Assembly: GCA_002269645.1 (NCBI GenBank)
Contig: NIVC01002870.1
Location: 62,001 to 126,000, forward strand
Length of the DNA: 64,000 nt
From: Macrostomum lignano
Lineage: Eukaryota
Reading direction: 5' to 3'
Every line of letters begins with the position of its first letter. Position 1 is the stretch's first letter. Below are positions 48,310-61,530 of this stretch, piece after piece. A program made the translations under genes and the position numbers. The notes beneath the pieces were generated by a model. That model searched no databases, was not told the origin of the DNA, and saw only the letters and a program-made list of their open reading frames with translations.

Positions 48310-49688
48310 TCCGACACCTTTGTTACATAGCTATCTGACATTTTTACCCGAGCTCTGACACCTTTGTTACATAGCGATCTGACATCTTTACCCGAGCTCT
48401 GACACCTTTGTTACATAGCGATCTGACATCTTTACCCGAGCTCTGACACCTTTGTTACATAACGATCTGACATCTTTACCCGAGCTCTGACACCTTTGTT
48501 ACATAGCGATCTGACATCTCTACCCGAGCCCTGACACCTTTGTTACATAGCGATCTGACATCTTTACCCGAGCCCTGACACCTTTGTTACATAGCGATCT
48601 GACATCTTTACCCGAGCTCTGACACCTTTGTTACATAGCGATCTGACATTTTTACCAGAGCCCTGACACCTTTGTTACATAGCGATCTGACATCTTTACC
48701 CGAGCTCTGACACCTTTGTTACATAGCGATCTGACATTTTTACCCGAGCCCTGACACCTTTGTTACATAGCGATCTGACATCTTTACCCGAGCCCTGACA
48801 CCTTTGTTACATAGCGATCTGACATCTTTACCAGAGCCCTGACACCTTTGTTACATAGCGATCTGACATCTTTACCCGAGCTCTGACACCTTTGTTACAT
48901 AGCGATCTGACATCTCTACCCGAGCCCTGACACCTTTGTTACATAGCGATCTGACATCTTTACCCGAGCCCTGACACCTTTGTTACATAGCGATCTGACA
49001 TCTCTACCCGAGCCCTGACACCTCTGTTACATAGCGATCTGACATCTTTACCCGAGCTCTGACACCTTTGTTACATAGCGATCTGACATCTTTACCAGAG
49101 CTCTGACACCTTTGTTACATAGCGATCTGACATCTTTACCAGAGCTCTGACACCTTTGTTACATAGCGAACTGACATCTTTACCAGAGCCCTGACACCTT
49201 TGTTACATAGCTATCTGACATCTTTACCCGAGCTCTGACACCTTTGTTACATAGCTGTCTGACATTTTTACCCTAGCCCTGACACCTTTGTTACATAGCT
49301 ATCTGACATCTTTACCCGAGCTCTGACACCTTTGTTACATAGCGATCTGACATCTCTACCCGAGCTCTGACACCTTTGTTACATAGCTATCTGACATCTT
49401 TACCCGAGCTCTGACACCTTTGTTACATAGCTGTCTGACATTTTTACCCTAGCCCTGACACCTTTGTTACATAGCGATCTGACATTTTTACCCGAGCTCT
49501 GACACCTTTGTTACATAGCGATCTGACATCTCTACCCGAGCCCTGACACCTTTGTTACATAGCGATCTGACATTTTTACCCGAGCTCTGACACCTTTGTT
49601 ACATAGCTGTCTGACATTTTTACCCTAGCTCTGACACCTTTGTTACATAGCGATCTGACATCTTTACCCGAGCTCTGGCACCTTTGCC
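48310..49688. repeat. 44-bp minisatellite (ctgacacctttgttacatagcgatctgacatctttacccgagct)
   Basis: About 31 copies. Confidence 0.95.
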
Positions 49689-50509
49689 CGTAGTAGGCAG
49701 TCAATCTACTGGATCGCAAATCAAATCTACCCCAATAAAATTACGAAATTAACAAAGCCGGAAAAAGTCAGTCAACAGAAACAGTTGTTCACACCCTTTC
49801 CGCAAGTACGCGGGCCCTTCGACACAAAAATCCAAGATTTGTAATTATTTTCCAATAGTAAATTTATATTAATTTTATTATTATTAGTTACCTTGGATAA
49901 CTACAGCCTGAGCAGATGGCACAGGGCAAGCGCACACGGCGGGCCAGCAGAACAGGTGTGGCAGCGGTAATGGCAACGGGAAAGGAGGCAGATGAAGCGG
50001 CTATGAATTAGTGGACGAGATTTTTAGCAAGCTTATTGCTGATTGGCCGGCCAGATTTCAACTTTCTAGCCCCCTGGCAGACAGCCACTCCATCCTCCGC
50101 CATCTGATTGGCCAACACCAATTCCTCCAAAAGTACCAGGAATCAACGAAGCAGCAAGTGGGGCGTATGTACAGAAGACAAGCGGATGCTATATAAAAGG
50201 TGGCGGCAGTTACACGAGCATTCGGTGGGGGGGGGAGAATGGCAGCTGATGAGTGAGTGGCACAGTAACAAGCAAAGCGTTCTGAGGGACTGGGAGAGCA
50301 AAGTTGCAGCACCGAGTGTCTTCTTCTAATGCTGTTGCATCTTTGAAATAGGAAAATGCCACCAACTTTGGCAGCGAGTGAGAAGTGGAGGAAAATCCTA
50401 AATGAATGCAGAGGAAGCCTTGGACGAGATTGGGTGGGAATTAAGACTAGGAAAAGGGTGAGATTAATTTAGAGACTCGTTAAGATTAAAGAGAGACTTT
50501 CTGGGATTA

Positions 50510-50945
50510 ATAGAGACTGGGTGAGATAAATTAAGAAACTGGGTGAGGTAAATTGAGAGACTAGGTGAGATAAATTAAGAGACTGGGGTGAGATAAACTG
50601 AGAGAGTGGGGTGAGATAAACTGAGAGACTGGGTGAGATAAATTAAGAGACTGGGTGAGATAAACCAAGAGACTGGGGTGAGATACATTGAGAGACTGGG
50701 GTGAGATAAATCAAGAGACTGGGGTGAGATAAACTGAGAGACTGGGGTGAGATAAATCAAGAGACTGGGTGAGATAAATCAAGAGACTGGGGTGAGATAC
50801 ATTGAGAGACTGGGTGAGATAAATCAAGAGACTGGGGTGAGATAAACTGAGAGACTGGGTGAGATAAATGAAGAGACTAAGGTGACATAAATTAAGAGAC
50901 TGGGTGAGATAAATCAAGAGACTAAGGTGAGACAAATGAAGAGAA
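50510..50945. repeat. ~20-bp minisatellite (gagactggggtgagataaat..)
   Basis: Read directly. Confidence 0.88.
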
Positions 50946-51654
50946 AATGCTAGACAGGATGGAGATTAAAGACAACAAGTGAGACGGCAGGTTGCAAACC
51001 GGCTAAAGAGAGGAAAAGCAGACCAAATGAGGCAAGCAAAGGTAAGCAAGGAGAGACACAGCAGGTGAACAGAGCAAGTTGCCCAGCGGGCGGGTTTGAA
51101 AAGACAAGTTACAAAAAATACAACAAAAAGGCTGGGGGCAATAGAGCATAAAACTTTGGATTAACTGCATTTAGTGCGTCTGCGGTGAGCGAATCAAATA
51201 TACAGGTAATCAATCATAAGCAGAGACTGCAGTTGGTGAAGTTTTGAATTAGCAAATCAGATCAACTATTAGAGAGAAATTTTGCAGCTGACTGAGAGAC
51301 CAGCTGGGTGGGGACGGGGGACTCATGGACTGCAACAGAATTTTTAATTTACTATTTAAAAAATAAATAAAAACTTGTAACCTGGACACGATAAAAAGCC
51401 AAGAGGGTCGTTCGGGAGAACAAAAGCAATAATAATAAGAAATACGCAGACACGGTTGTAAAACTGGCGGTCAAATATTTGGCAGCTGGGCTGGGTTGGC
51501 CAGTGAGTTTCGTGCGCGCGGCAGAATGTACATTGGAGGAGAGGAAAGGGGGTGGAGGCGGCGCCGCACTCTCGTTGAGGCGCATCAGGAAAAGAGGGGG
51601 GGCAAAATGACACAATGTACACGCCTTTCTAGCTTAACGGCAAATTTCCCTAAA

Positions 51655-52400
51655 GTGTACGCCAGAATGTACATTCCCCAGATGTACACTAGAATGTACA
51701 TTCCCCAGATGTACACGAGAATGTACATTCCGCAGATGTACACTAGAATGTACATTCCCCAGATGTACAGTAGAATGTACATTCCGCAGATGTACACTAG
51801 AATGTACATTCCCCAGATGTACACTAGAATGTACATCAGCTGATGCACACTAGAATGTACATTCCCCAGATGCACACTAGAATGTACATTCCCCAGATGT
51901 ACACTAGAATGTACATCAGCTGATGCACACTAGAATGTACATTCCCCAGATGCACACTAGAATGTACATTCCCCAGATGTACACTAGAATGTACATCAGC
52001 TGATGCACACTAGAATGTACATTCCCCAGATGTACACTAGAATGTACAACACACTGAATGTACATTTCCCTGATGTACCCTAGAATGTAAATTTCCCGGA
52101 TGTACAATAGCATGCACATTCCGCTGATGTACACTAGAATGTACATTCCGCTGATGTACACTAGAATGCACATTCCGCTGATGTACACTAGAATGTACAT
52201 TCCCTAGATGTACACTAGAATGTACATCAGCCTGATGCACACTAGAATGTACATTCCCGATGCACACTAGAATGTACATTCCCCAGATGTACACTAGAAT
52301 GTACAACACACTGAATGTACATTCCGCAGATGTACACTAGAATGTAAATTTCCCGGATGTACAATAGCATGCACATTCCGCTGATGTACACTAGAATGTA
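51655..52400. repeat. 27-bp minisatellite (agatgtacactagaatgtacattcccc)
   Basis: Read directly. Confidence 0.9.
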
Positions 52401-53083
52401 AATTTCTCTGATGTACAGTTTTGGGTGTACAAAAGTACATTAGACCCTGGAACATGACAGGAAAAGCGTGTACATACAGTCAAACAAAGCAGATAATAGT
52501 AAAAAGCATACAGCAAAAGCTCCAAGCGTCATGCGCATAGAATGAGAATCAACCAACTCGCCTATTGCACGCACTGGGGCTGGCAGGCAGGTAAAAAATA
52601 GACAAAACAAATCGCTGACCGGGAACTGAGTCCTGTGTGAAATAAACGAAACTTATTAAAATAAGATTGGGTCGGGTTCTCAACCTTTGGCAAGATCAGC
52701 GGTTGTCGCTGATGAATCAGGTCTCTGGAAAATCGGGGGGGGGGGGGTCGCAGCTCCCACTACCGGAAGACGGTGGGCGGCGGGCAGCGGCAGCGGAAAT
52801 AAAGTCAAAAAAGGTCAAAATAACTCATTATCAGCAAATAAATAGAAAGATAAATGACACGGAGGAAATGGGAAGCAAAATATAATAAAAAAATACATAC
52901 AGAGATGGATAGGGAATTCCACACGGATACAAGCGGAACTCGGGCCTGATAAAAAGCAGCTATGCTCCTCAGTCTCTGCCAGTTTGATAACAAATTTGTA
53001 CAGAATAGGGAGAGGCTGGGCGGGGACGAAGAGCAAGAGGAGGAGACGCTCTGGCACACAACTGCACAACCCCAAATGCCAGT

Positions 53084-56000
53084 CTAGTGGGGATGGCTGG
53101 AGACGGACAGGTAGGTGTGGGCGCCGCGATTCTCGGGAGTGCCGCCAGGTACAAAGGAGCCCGGCGGCCGGACCACGCCCACATTGTAGTTTGGCGGGAA
53201 CTGCGGCTGCTGCTGCGGCTGAGGAGAGAAGAACTGCTGCTGTTGCTGCTGTCTGCTTCGTGGACCCCGCTGCTGCTGCTGCTGCTGCTGAGGCACCGCG
53301 TAGCCAACAGCTGCCGGGGCAACAGCGGCATGATGCTGCGGCATGGGGACAGCGAGCGAGTGCAGCTGCGGATGGAACTGCTGGTGCTGCGGCTGGTAGA
53401 ACTGAATGGCAGCGGAGGCGGCCTGGTGGGCCTGGGGAGCGGCATAGTAGGCCTGGTGAGGGTCCGGCAGTGCCGCTGGAGCGGCGGCGGCGGCTCCGTA
53501 GGGCCAGGCGGCCGGGGGAGCCATGGCTATCATTGGACCGGCTGCGTACTGGGCGGCCACGGCGGCCATCGCCGATGGGTTGTGCGGCTGCGGCTGCAGA
53601 GGCGCGGCCGGCTGCTGCTGCTGCTGCGGTGGCTGCGGCTGAGGAATCTGGGCCGGGCCGGACACCTGAACCTGCGGCTGCTGGGGCATGGGAGCCGGCA
53701 CGTACTGAGGCTGCGGCGGCGGCGGTGGCGGCAGCGGAGGAGGCTGGTGGGCCTGATGATGATGATGGTGATGTGGAGGCGGCGGCGGCGGCGGCGGCAT
53801 CGGGTGCTGGTGATGCTGGGCAAAGTGGCCGTGAGGAGGATGATGAGGCGGCCCGTGATGCTGCACTGGCATCATCTGTTGGTACCTAGCCATACGTCGC
53901 TCCTCCTTTCTCTGCTTGGCCCGCTCGGACACTGGCCGGGCCATACTGACTGACAGCTGACTTCCAGCCAATTCCGTCCCGTTCATGGCCTCCACCGCGC
54001 GGACCGCCGCGTCCCGATTGGCGAAGTGCACGAAGGCGTACTCGGACTGCACCAGGCGGACTCGCTCTGGCTGGCCGCAGTCTGCGCCAGCGAAGGCCTC
54101 GGCCAGCTGCTGCTCAGTGACTGACGGCGAGATGCCGCGAACGTAGACGGCGCGGACGGTCTCTAGCGCGGCCGGGTCCGGCTCCTCCAGCGGGTCGGCC
54201 CAGTCCACCCAAACGTCGGCGGCGGCCGGCCAGACGCGGGGCTGGCGCTGCAGACGGCGCCTGGCTGCGCTGGCCGCGCTGTGCTTCTTGAATTCAACGA
54301 AGCAGAAGCCGCGATTCTTGCGCGGTACGCCGGGGACGCCGCCGCCGCCGTTGGGGCCGGTCGGCGCGGTCACGATGACGTCAACAACGCCGTCGAGGTG
54401 GCTCTGGAAGTCGGCTAGCAGCTCCTCGCGGCTCTTCGTCTTTGGCACGTTGCCGACAAACAGGCGCAGATTGGGGTTGGTGATGTTCACCTGGGAGAGG
54501 CGGGGTAAACGGCGGGAGTAACTATGCAATTCCAAACAATAGTAAGTAGGCCGTCAGCTTATCAGCAATGAGCAAGGTAATTGATTGTTTACCATATCTG
54601 AATGGAACTGAGTTAAGCGCACTAACCAAGTCTGACGTTGGTTCGAGTCGCAACTGTTGACAAACTTTGCATTTTGTGCTTCCACCTCAATACCTGATTT
54701 TATTTAAGCACTGTACTTTTTAATATAGGAATAGGAATAAGATAGAGTAATATTACAAGAACAAGACAATACATTCCTCACATGTACAGCTGCCAATCTT
54801 GGCTAACTGAATTCGAACTAAAAAGCAAACAATCATCTAATCTCTATCCCTCTCTCGCTGTATCTCTACCCCGCTCTCACTGTATCTCTCCCCCGCTCTC
54901 ACTGTATCTCTACCCCGCTCTCACTGTATCTCTACCCTCTCTCACTGTATCTCTACCCTCTCTCACTGTATCTCTACCCTCTCTCACTGTATCTCTACCC
55001 TCTCTCACTGTATCTCTACCCCTCTCTCGCTGTATCTCTCTTTCTCTCCTCCTCTCAACCGACCTGCAGGTGCCGCCGCGTAGCAGCCTCGTAGCCGTTG
55101 AACTTCTCCACAGCCGCGGCAGCGTCCTCTTTGTTGGCATAGCACACGAAGCCGAAGCCGCGGCCGCAGCCGGTGTTCGGGTCCACCATGACGCGAACAT
55201 CGCACACGTTGCCAACACTGGAAAACAACTCGTACAGCTGGTCCTCGTACATGCCTCTGGGCAGGTGACCGACAAACACTTCCCGGCCGGTGGGGTCCAG
55301 CGCCGCCTGCGGAGAGTAGCAAGCAAATGGGAAGACAGGCCTCAGCTAGGAGGTCCCAGGCTGGAATCCAGGCAGGGCCACATTTCAACTAACAGCAATA
55401 AGTGGTGGCTATTTTAGTCCGTTCCGCACGTGGCCATCACCACCACATTCACTTGAGGCTTGCAGCACGAAACTTTGACCCGGGGGTCAGGGCCTGCTGC
55501 TGTACATCCTGTGTGAGCGCTTGCATAAGGCGATACTCCGGGGCGCTCACAACACTCCTGCGAATATACTCAGCAAGAGTACTCACTCACTAAAGAATGT
55601 CCCTTCAGGACGCCACAAGTAGTAACAAGCGCAAATCACCTGCTCTCCATTGGTTGACGGTCCCAGTCGGCGCTGGCCAACTGTGACGAAGTGCTCCAGC
55701 CCGGTGCGCTCCAGCAGAGCCTTCAGCGCCTGCGGATCGGGGCCCAGATTGCCTGGTCCGGCCGCCTGCGGCTGCTGCTGTTGCTGGTAGCGGTACTGCT
55801 GATAGTGCTGCTGCCGATGCTGGCTACCGCCGTTGCCAATGACAACGCCGTTAGGAACCGGCCTTGCCGCAGAGTCGCCAGCGCCAGTGGCTACATTAGT
55901 TGATGAGGCCGCTTGGTCAGCTGGTGGAGCCTCCGCAGCGGATGACTCATCATCAGTGTCTGGTGTGCCGTTGCCATTCTGCTTCGGTGGCTGCGGCGTT

Positions 56001-56128
56001 GCTTTCGTATCCAAGGACACCGCCTCCATGGCTGAGGCAGCAGACTCTGCATCAGCTGCTGCCTCGGCTGCTGGAGCGGGCATCTTGGCTGGGCCCGCCT
56101 TTGATTTGCTCGATGCCGCCTTTGACAT
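53084..56128 (-). CDS. SYNCRIP: hnRNP Q/R (Syncrip)-like protein with three RRMs, ~712 aa
   Basis: Exons 56128-55640, 55306-55064 and 54490-53084 (phase 0, GT-AG). GPDPQALKALLERTGL..VTVGQRRLG, EVFVGHLPRG..EDQL, RLFVGNVPKTKSRE, KNRGFCFVEF, ARRRL, WADPLEEPD and KQRKEERR match hnRNP Q/R better than A1CF/RBM47. An acceptor at 56161 suggests an upstream exon or trans-splicing. Confidence 0.85.
54503..54526 (+). other. 24-bp exact 28S rRNA fragment in the Syncrip-like intron
   Basis: GGGTAAACGGCGGGAGTAACTATG is identical to the conserved 28S sequence. Confidence 0.8.
54850..55050. repeat. 21-bp pyrimidine-rich minisatellite (ctctcactgtatctctaccct)
   Basis: Read directly. Confidence 0.88.
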
Positions 56129-58375
56129 TTGGCCGGGTGGGAGCTGCGCTGCCGCTTGGAGCTGAATGATGTGCGGCAGTTTGAAGCATGACGTCATCAT
56201 TAGAGAAGAAAACAAAATCCCAGTAGGCAAAAAATTGCTGTGTTTTGTAAAAAAATATTTTACAGTTTTCAGACTTCTATATAAAATTGATTCATAAAGT
56301 GTACTCATATACTGCTAGAGCAATTAAGTGTGTGATAAAATGTTAGTATATACACTGTGCAAGTGCTACTAAAAGTAATAATCTTTGCAAATAGTTTTGT
56401 TCTTAAAGGTCAGTAACAATTTTGAGTATATTTGTTCTTCCAATAGTCAATAAAAATATTTATGTAAAAGTTGTATGCATTTTAAACTGAAAATCAATAT
56501 TTAGCTTTGCTTGCTTTATTCATACATAAATTCACCCTGTTCTAAACTTGTTAATCTAGTCTCCAAATGCTTAGAAATATTTTCAAAGACTTAGTGTGTT
56601 TTTTGAAGGAAGTAGAAAGAAATCATACCATAGATACTACTGATACAAAGAATACCAAGGAGATCAAAGTGAAAAAAGTAGATCTCAGGAATACATATGT
56701 AGTACTAAGAAGGATATGACCCTCTAATGCCTAAGGACTAGATAGTGAATGCATAGATAATTGCTACAACATTTACAAAAAGAGTTATTTTGAGAGTTAT
56801 CTATAATAAATTCTAGGCCAATAGTAGACTGCTCAGTACACAATAATAATGCTATCAAAAGAAGTAAATACTTAGACTTATTTTTAGATTAATACACAGA
56901 CTTATACTTAGAATTATACTTAGACTTATATTTAGACCATATTCTGAGATCTATCCTTAGAAGTTAATTATAGTTTAGTATAGCTTGGTGGTAGCAGTAA
57001 GATTGAACTATAAAAAAGGATAGAGCACCCCTTGTATAATACCAAAATTTAATTTTTATATTTGACTTGGACAAGTGTCTTGTAAAACTTAAAAGTTTTT
57101 AAAAATTAACATAATGACTATTTCTTGCAAATTTAATGCTTTCTTAATATCTGTAGTATATGCCCCCTCTATGCCTTGTTATACTTCTTTTGAATAGCCT
57201 TCTTGACCAATGTGCACTAGTACTAGTCCTTCCCAACTATTGTATAACATTGTAAGCTACATATTGGTAGTGATTCTATATAAAAGCTTAGATTTGCTAT
57301 CTACAAGACCATGTTTTACTCTGCATACAAGTGCAGTATAATATTTTACCATAATCTAGTTTTAGTTTTAATAATTTTAGTTTACATAAATATACATTTT
57401 GGCAACAGAAAGTGACTAGTTCAATAAAAAGATAGGCTATTTATACTTGCAAATATACTAATTCACATGTTATAGCTTTTAATAAATTATTTATCAACTG
57501 CCTGATACATATGTATGAATAGGCTACAATTTAATTCAAGGACAGATGATTGAATGTCAATATCTTGAGCATTAACAAAATATCTATTCTTTATTCAAAG
57601 CAGAGTTTTTATATATAGAATATATATATATACCTTAATTTTAAAATTGCACTTTGAAATTGAAAAGTGGATATGGTTTAGGTGTAGTCTTATAACTTTT
57701 TTTTCTTTTTAAGGTTTAAGCTTTATTTAATAAGAAAAATTTAACTCTGGGCCTTAAAATTACACTTTGAAATTATGTATAGAATGCAATTCCGTACCAT
57801 GTCTTAGGCAAAAAACCCAGATCTAAACCAACAATGATATTGAAGGCTAACATTGATAGCTCAACTTCTAAGCTTAGTAAGACAGCCTTCCATTTTGTAT
57901 TCTAATATTCTTATGCAACTATTATATGAGGAAAGTTGACTTATTGTTATTAATATTTAGCTGATTATATAAGGACAATTGCAATGATTCTAGTGTAAAG
58001 CACATTAAAAGTATGGCTACATATTTATAGATCTTTGGCAAGAGCACCATTTGGCTTTGGTCTATACTCAACTAAAAGCATATTGGAAAAATATATTTGG
58101 TTGAATATACCTTAGCTTTGTAATATATTTCTCATAAACATAGGCCTAGGCTCTAATAATAATACCAATGAATAAATTTAGTTTTATTTGCTAAGATTGT
58201 TTTTATTAATTGTTTTTTAGTCAACTATTTTTAATAGGCCTAGATGCTAAAAAATAGTTATTGCAAATGACAAAATGGTTATTGCAAAAGCCTTCTTTGC
58301 CATTATAAACTGTTTTTGTAAAAAATTTCTCAAAGTGGATTGAATTTCTTGGTATAGGGCCAGTATAAGAAATTA

Positions 58376-58750
58376 GGCAGTTGTTATTTGTCCGATGACT
58401 GGACAAATAGCCTTTTTGCTATTTGTCCAGTTAAATTGCTAACACAAATATCTTATTTGTTTTGTGATGAATATTCTAGATTTTTTTAGACCTTTTCTCG
58501 TATAAAGCAGTATATTCAATATGTCATAATTTGGTGTATAAGATACACACTAGTATAACAATATAATAATCAAGACACGAGTAAGAAGTCTTTGAAGTCT
58601 AGGAATATTTACCCTTGTGGTTTTTATAAACTAGATATTTTAGCATTATCAATTTAACTGGACAAATAACAAAATGTCTGGTCAGGATCCAGTAACCGGA
58701 CAAATAACCACATCGCTATTTGTCCAGTCACCGGACAAATAACAACTGCC
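58376..58750. mobile_element. Mutator (MULE)-type MITE, 375 bp
   Basis: 36-bp TIR GGCAGTTGTTATTTGTCCG(A/G)TGACTGGACAAATAGC with one mismatch; 9-bp TSD AAGAAATTA at 58367-58375 and 58751-58759. Confidence 0.9.
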
Positions 58751-61530
58751 AAGAAATTATTATTATTAGGCCCCTATATATTTAGGTTATATTAGTTAAG
58801 GTCTATACTAGGCTAGGCCCTAGTTAAATTTGGCCTAAGCCTAGCCATATCTTTTTGAGATTTTTTATAGTTAGGTTTAGCTTTGTCAGATCTAGGCCTA
58901 GCATTAAACTAGGCTAGAAAATGAGGATATATATTTTTTATAAAAATCAAAGCGACAAAGGCTTAATAAATAGAGCACTTCTTAAATTAAAATGCAAATT
59001 TTATAGATCTAGGCCAGAAAACAGAAGTCTGTACTCTGTATCATGCCATTAACTATCCCTAAAATAGAATCAAGCTGGGATGATGGAATCATGGGATTAT
59101 GCCATCAAGACAAGATTGATATCAAGATTTAATAATCAAAAATACAATACCACTGTAACACAAGTTAATAGACCTAACATGTCATACAATAATCGCAGCA
59201 CAGATACAAAGCCAAAGGAGTATAGTATAATGTAAACTCGTGTTTTTTTAGTTTTGACGCGAAAAAAACATTCTTTTCTTTTTTATTAGATTAGGCCCCT
59301 AGGCTAGGGGCTAGCAATAAATGCTATCGAATTTTCTTTTTCAGGTAAAGCATAATTTTCATAATAGATAGCGTTTACATAAAATTATAAAAATTACATA
59401 AGTCTACAAGCAGGGCTAGCAGAACGGATAATTTTAGTTTATAGTAACAATAACAATACAACAATCCCACGACTCCAATGTAAGCGTGTAATAATGCAGG
59501 CTCCTACCCTCAAAAAGTAGTTGAGAGTAGGGCTTAGTAATACGTAAAAAAGAAGTTATACTCCGGAAACTTTAAATTGCATCCTTATAAAGAGATGTAA
59601 AGAAAAAAATCAGTAATAAATTTTATAAGCTAATTAATTATTTTGCAGATTAGTGACTTACTCCTTTTTTTAAGTTTATTGTACAAGATTTGCAGCTTGT
59701 TATAACAATAAAAATTAATATCATACATTTATATTATTCAAATTAAGATCTTAATTAAACTAGCTAGAGTAGTCAAGAGCTGACTTTAACTCTCTTCTTT
59801 AAACAATTATAAAGTTATTGCTTTTAGAACAGGCAAAAATTTGTTGTAACTTTTTCGGTGTAAAATTTTAAATCGTAGCATTCTACGAAATTCTACGAAA
59901 TTTCTACCGTCGGTTTTTTGGTTTTTCGATTTATAAATTTCTGCTTCGCATACGCATTATGTTTAAGAAAATAAAAAGGCGTAACAGGTCTGATACTGCT
60001 AAAGAATCTACTGTCCGACAAGGTGGGTGATGTATTAGTTCTATTAATTTTTTGATGGAATTCGGTTTTTAGCTATAATACAATACTATCAATATTTCTC
60101 GTTTCTTGATCGCTAGGAACTTTAAATTATGTGCAACATGCCATAAAATTTTTAACATGCAATTTTTTTGGACTTTGGTAATATTGCTTTGCTTTGCTTT
60201 GGTACTAGCTAGGCCCTACTAGGGGTCAGGCAAGATCTGATCAGGAAAGTTAAAGGATTAAGTCATTGTAAGATCCTCACTTGCACTTCAAAAGGGAAAA
60301 TATCACATCATGTTTATTGTTTACCATAGTTCGGAAGGCGACATATATGCTGGGATTTCCCAGTGTACAACAAGGGTCTTACCATTTTTAGCATACATCA
60401 GGGTATATCCTGGTGTATATAACATAGCAGATACATTGTGTCAAATGACAATTTTTTTGTATTGGCACACAAACCCCAGACTCAGGATGGTATACATGTA
60501 CGCCGGAAAATTCCAATTTCGGGACAGAAAATTCCGGCGTACTGAGGGACCTAGATTACACATTGGCGTACAACTTGGCATACAAAGGTGCCTGGCGTGC
60601 CCTCTTGGCATATAGCTTAGCATAGGCCTATAGACTGCCGAGACCAGCAGGTGGGACCAAAAGTTCCTAGTCCCAACAATCAATATACATAATTAGCATA
60701 CAAAAATGATTAAGTTTGCATTTGGCATAGTTTCCATGTACATAGTTACAGTAGCTAAATTTTGATTAGAAAGAATAGCCAGCCCTTTACGAAAAAAGAT
60801 GGAAAACTAAATTCAAAAAACCAGGTTTAACTTTTCTAAGAAAGTAAAAGTAAAACAAAAATAGTTTAAATGAACTATTTTTCTACAGTTTAGTAAAAAG
60901 ATTTTTAGTTTTAACATATAGGTTGTTTGAATATTAAAATTTTGCAAACTTTTAATATTAGTTGTAATTAGTAATTTTTATTTTGGCATATTTTTGTATG
61001 CAATAAAAAGTTTGTTGGCGTACATTGGCATGCATGAGCTACGGAAGCAATTTTCGTTCTGGCGTACAGTGGTATACGATCCTGACCCTGGCACAAACCC
61101 AGCGCCATAGTCAGGAAGGTGGCACAATGTGCACCAGAATAATTTTTTTGGGACGATTTGTGTGCTGTCTGTGTGCTGTCTATGTGCCACTCTTCACGAG
61201 TAGATTTTTCTAAGAAAGGCCTTCATACAAAAAGCCTTTTTAAAATGTTGCGCATATTTTCATTTTAAACAAACTTAAATTATACTTACAAATAGAGTAA
61301 TGCAAAATTGACGTTTTTAGCAATAATTTATTTTAATTTTATTTACTGTTAATTTTAAAGAAGCAAAAAGTTTATCACTGACTTTCTAGACTATACAAAT
61401 CTCCTTTATTTTACGTAAAATTGTTAATTTGCATTATAATTTTTATGCATGTCAGGGACCTTATGCGCCGCAATTATGCGCTGCATGCGCTAGGGACCTC
61501 AGTGTGCACCATGATTGTGTGCCAACAAAC

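Noticed and set aside
48330-49680. cgggtaaa (minus strand) in the 44-bp repeat resembling the 28S motif
   Set aside because: Only 8 bp; expected by chance.
49900-50400. GC-richer patch with short ORFs
   Set aside because: No recognisable protein motif or consistent splice-bounded frame.
54605-54656. tRNA-like T-arm (gttggttcgagtcgcaac)
   Set aside because: No convincing A box, acceptor stem or anticodon arm; at best a SINE relic.
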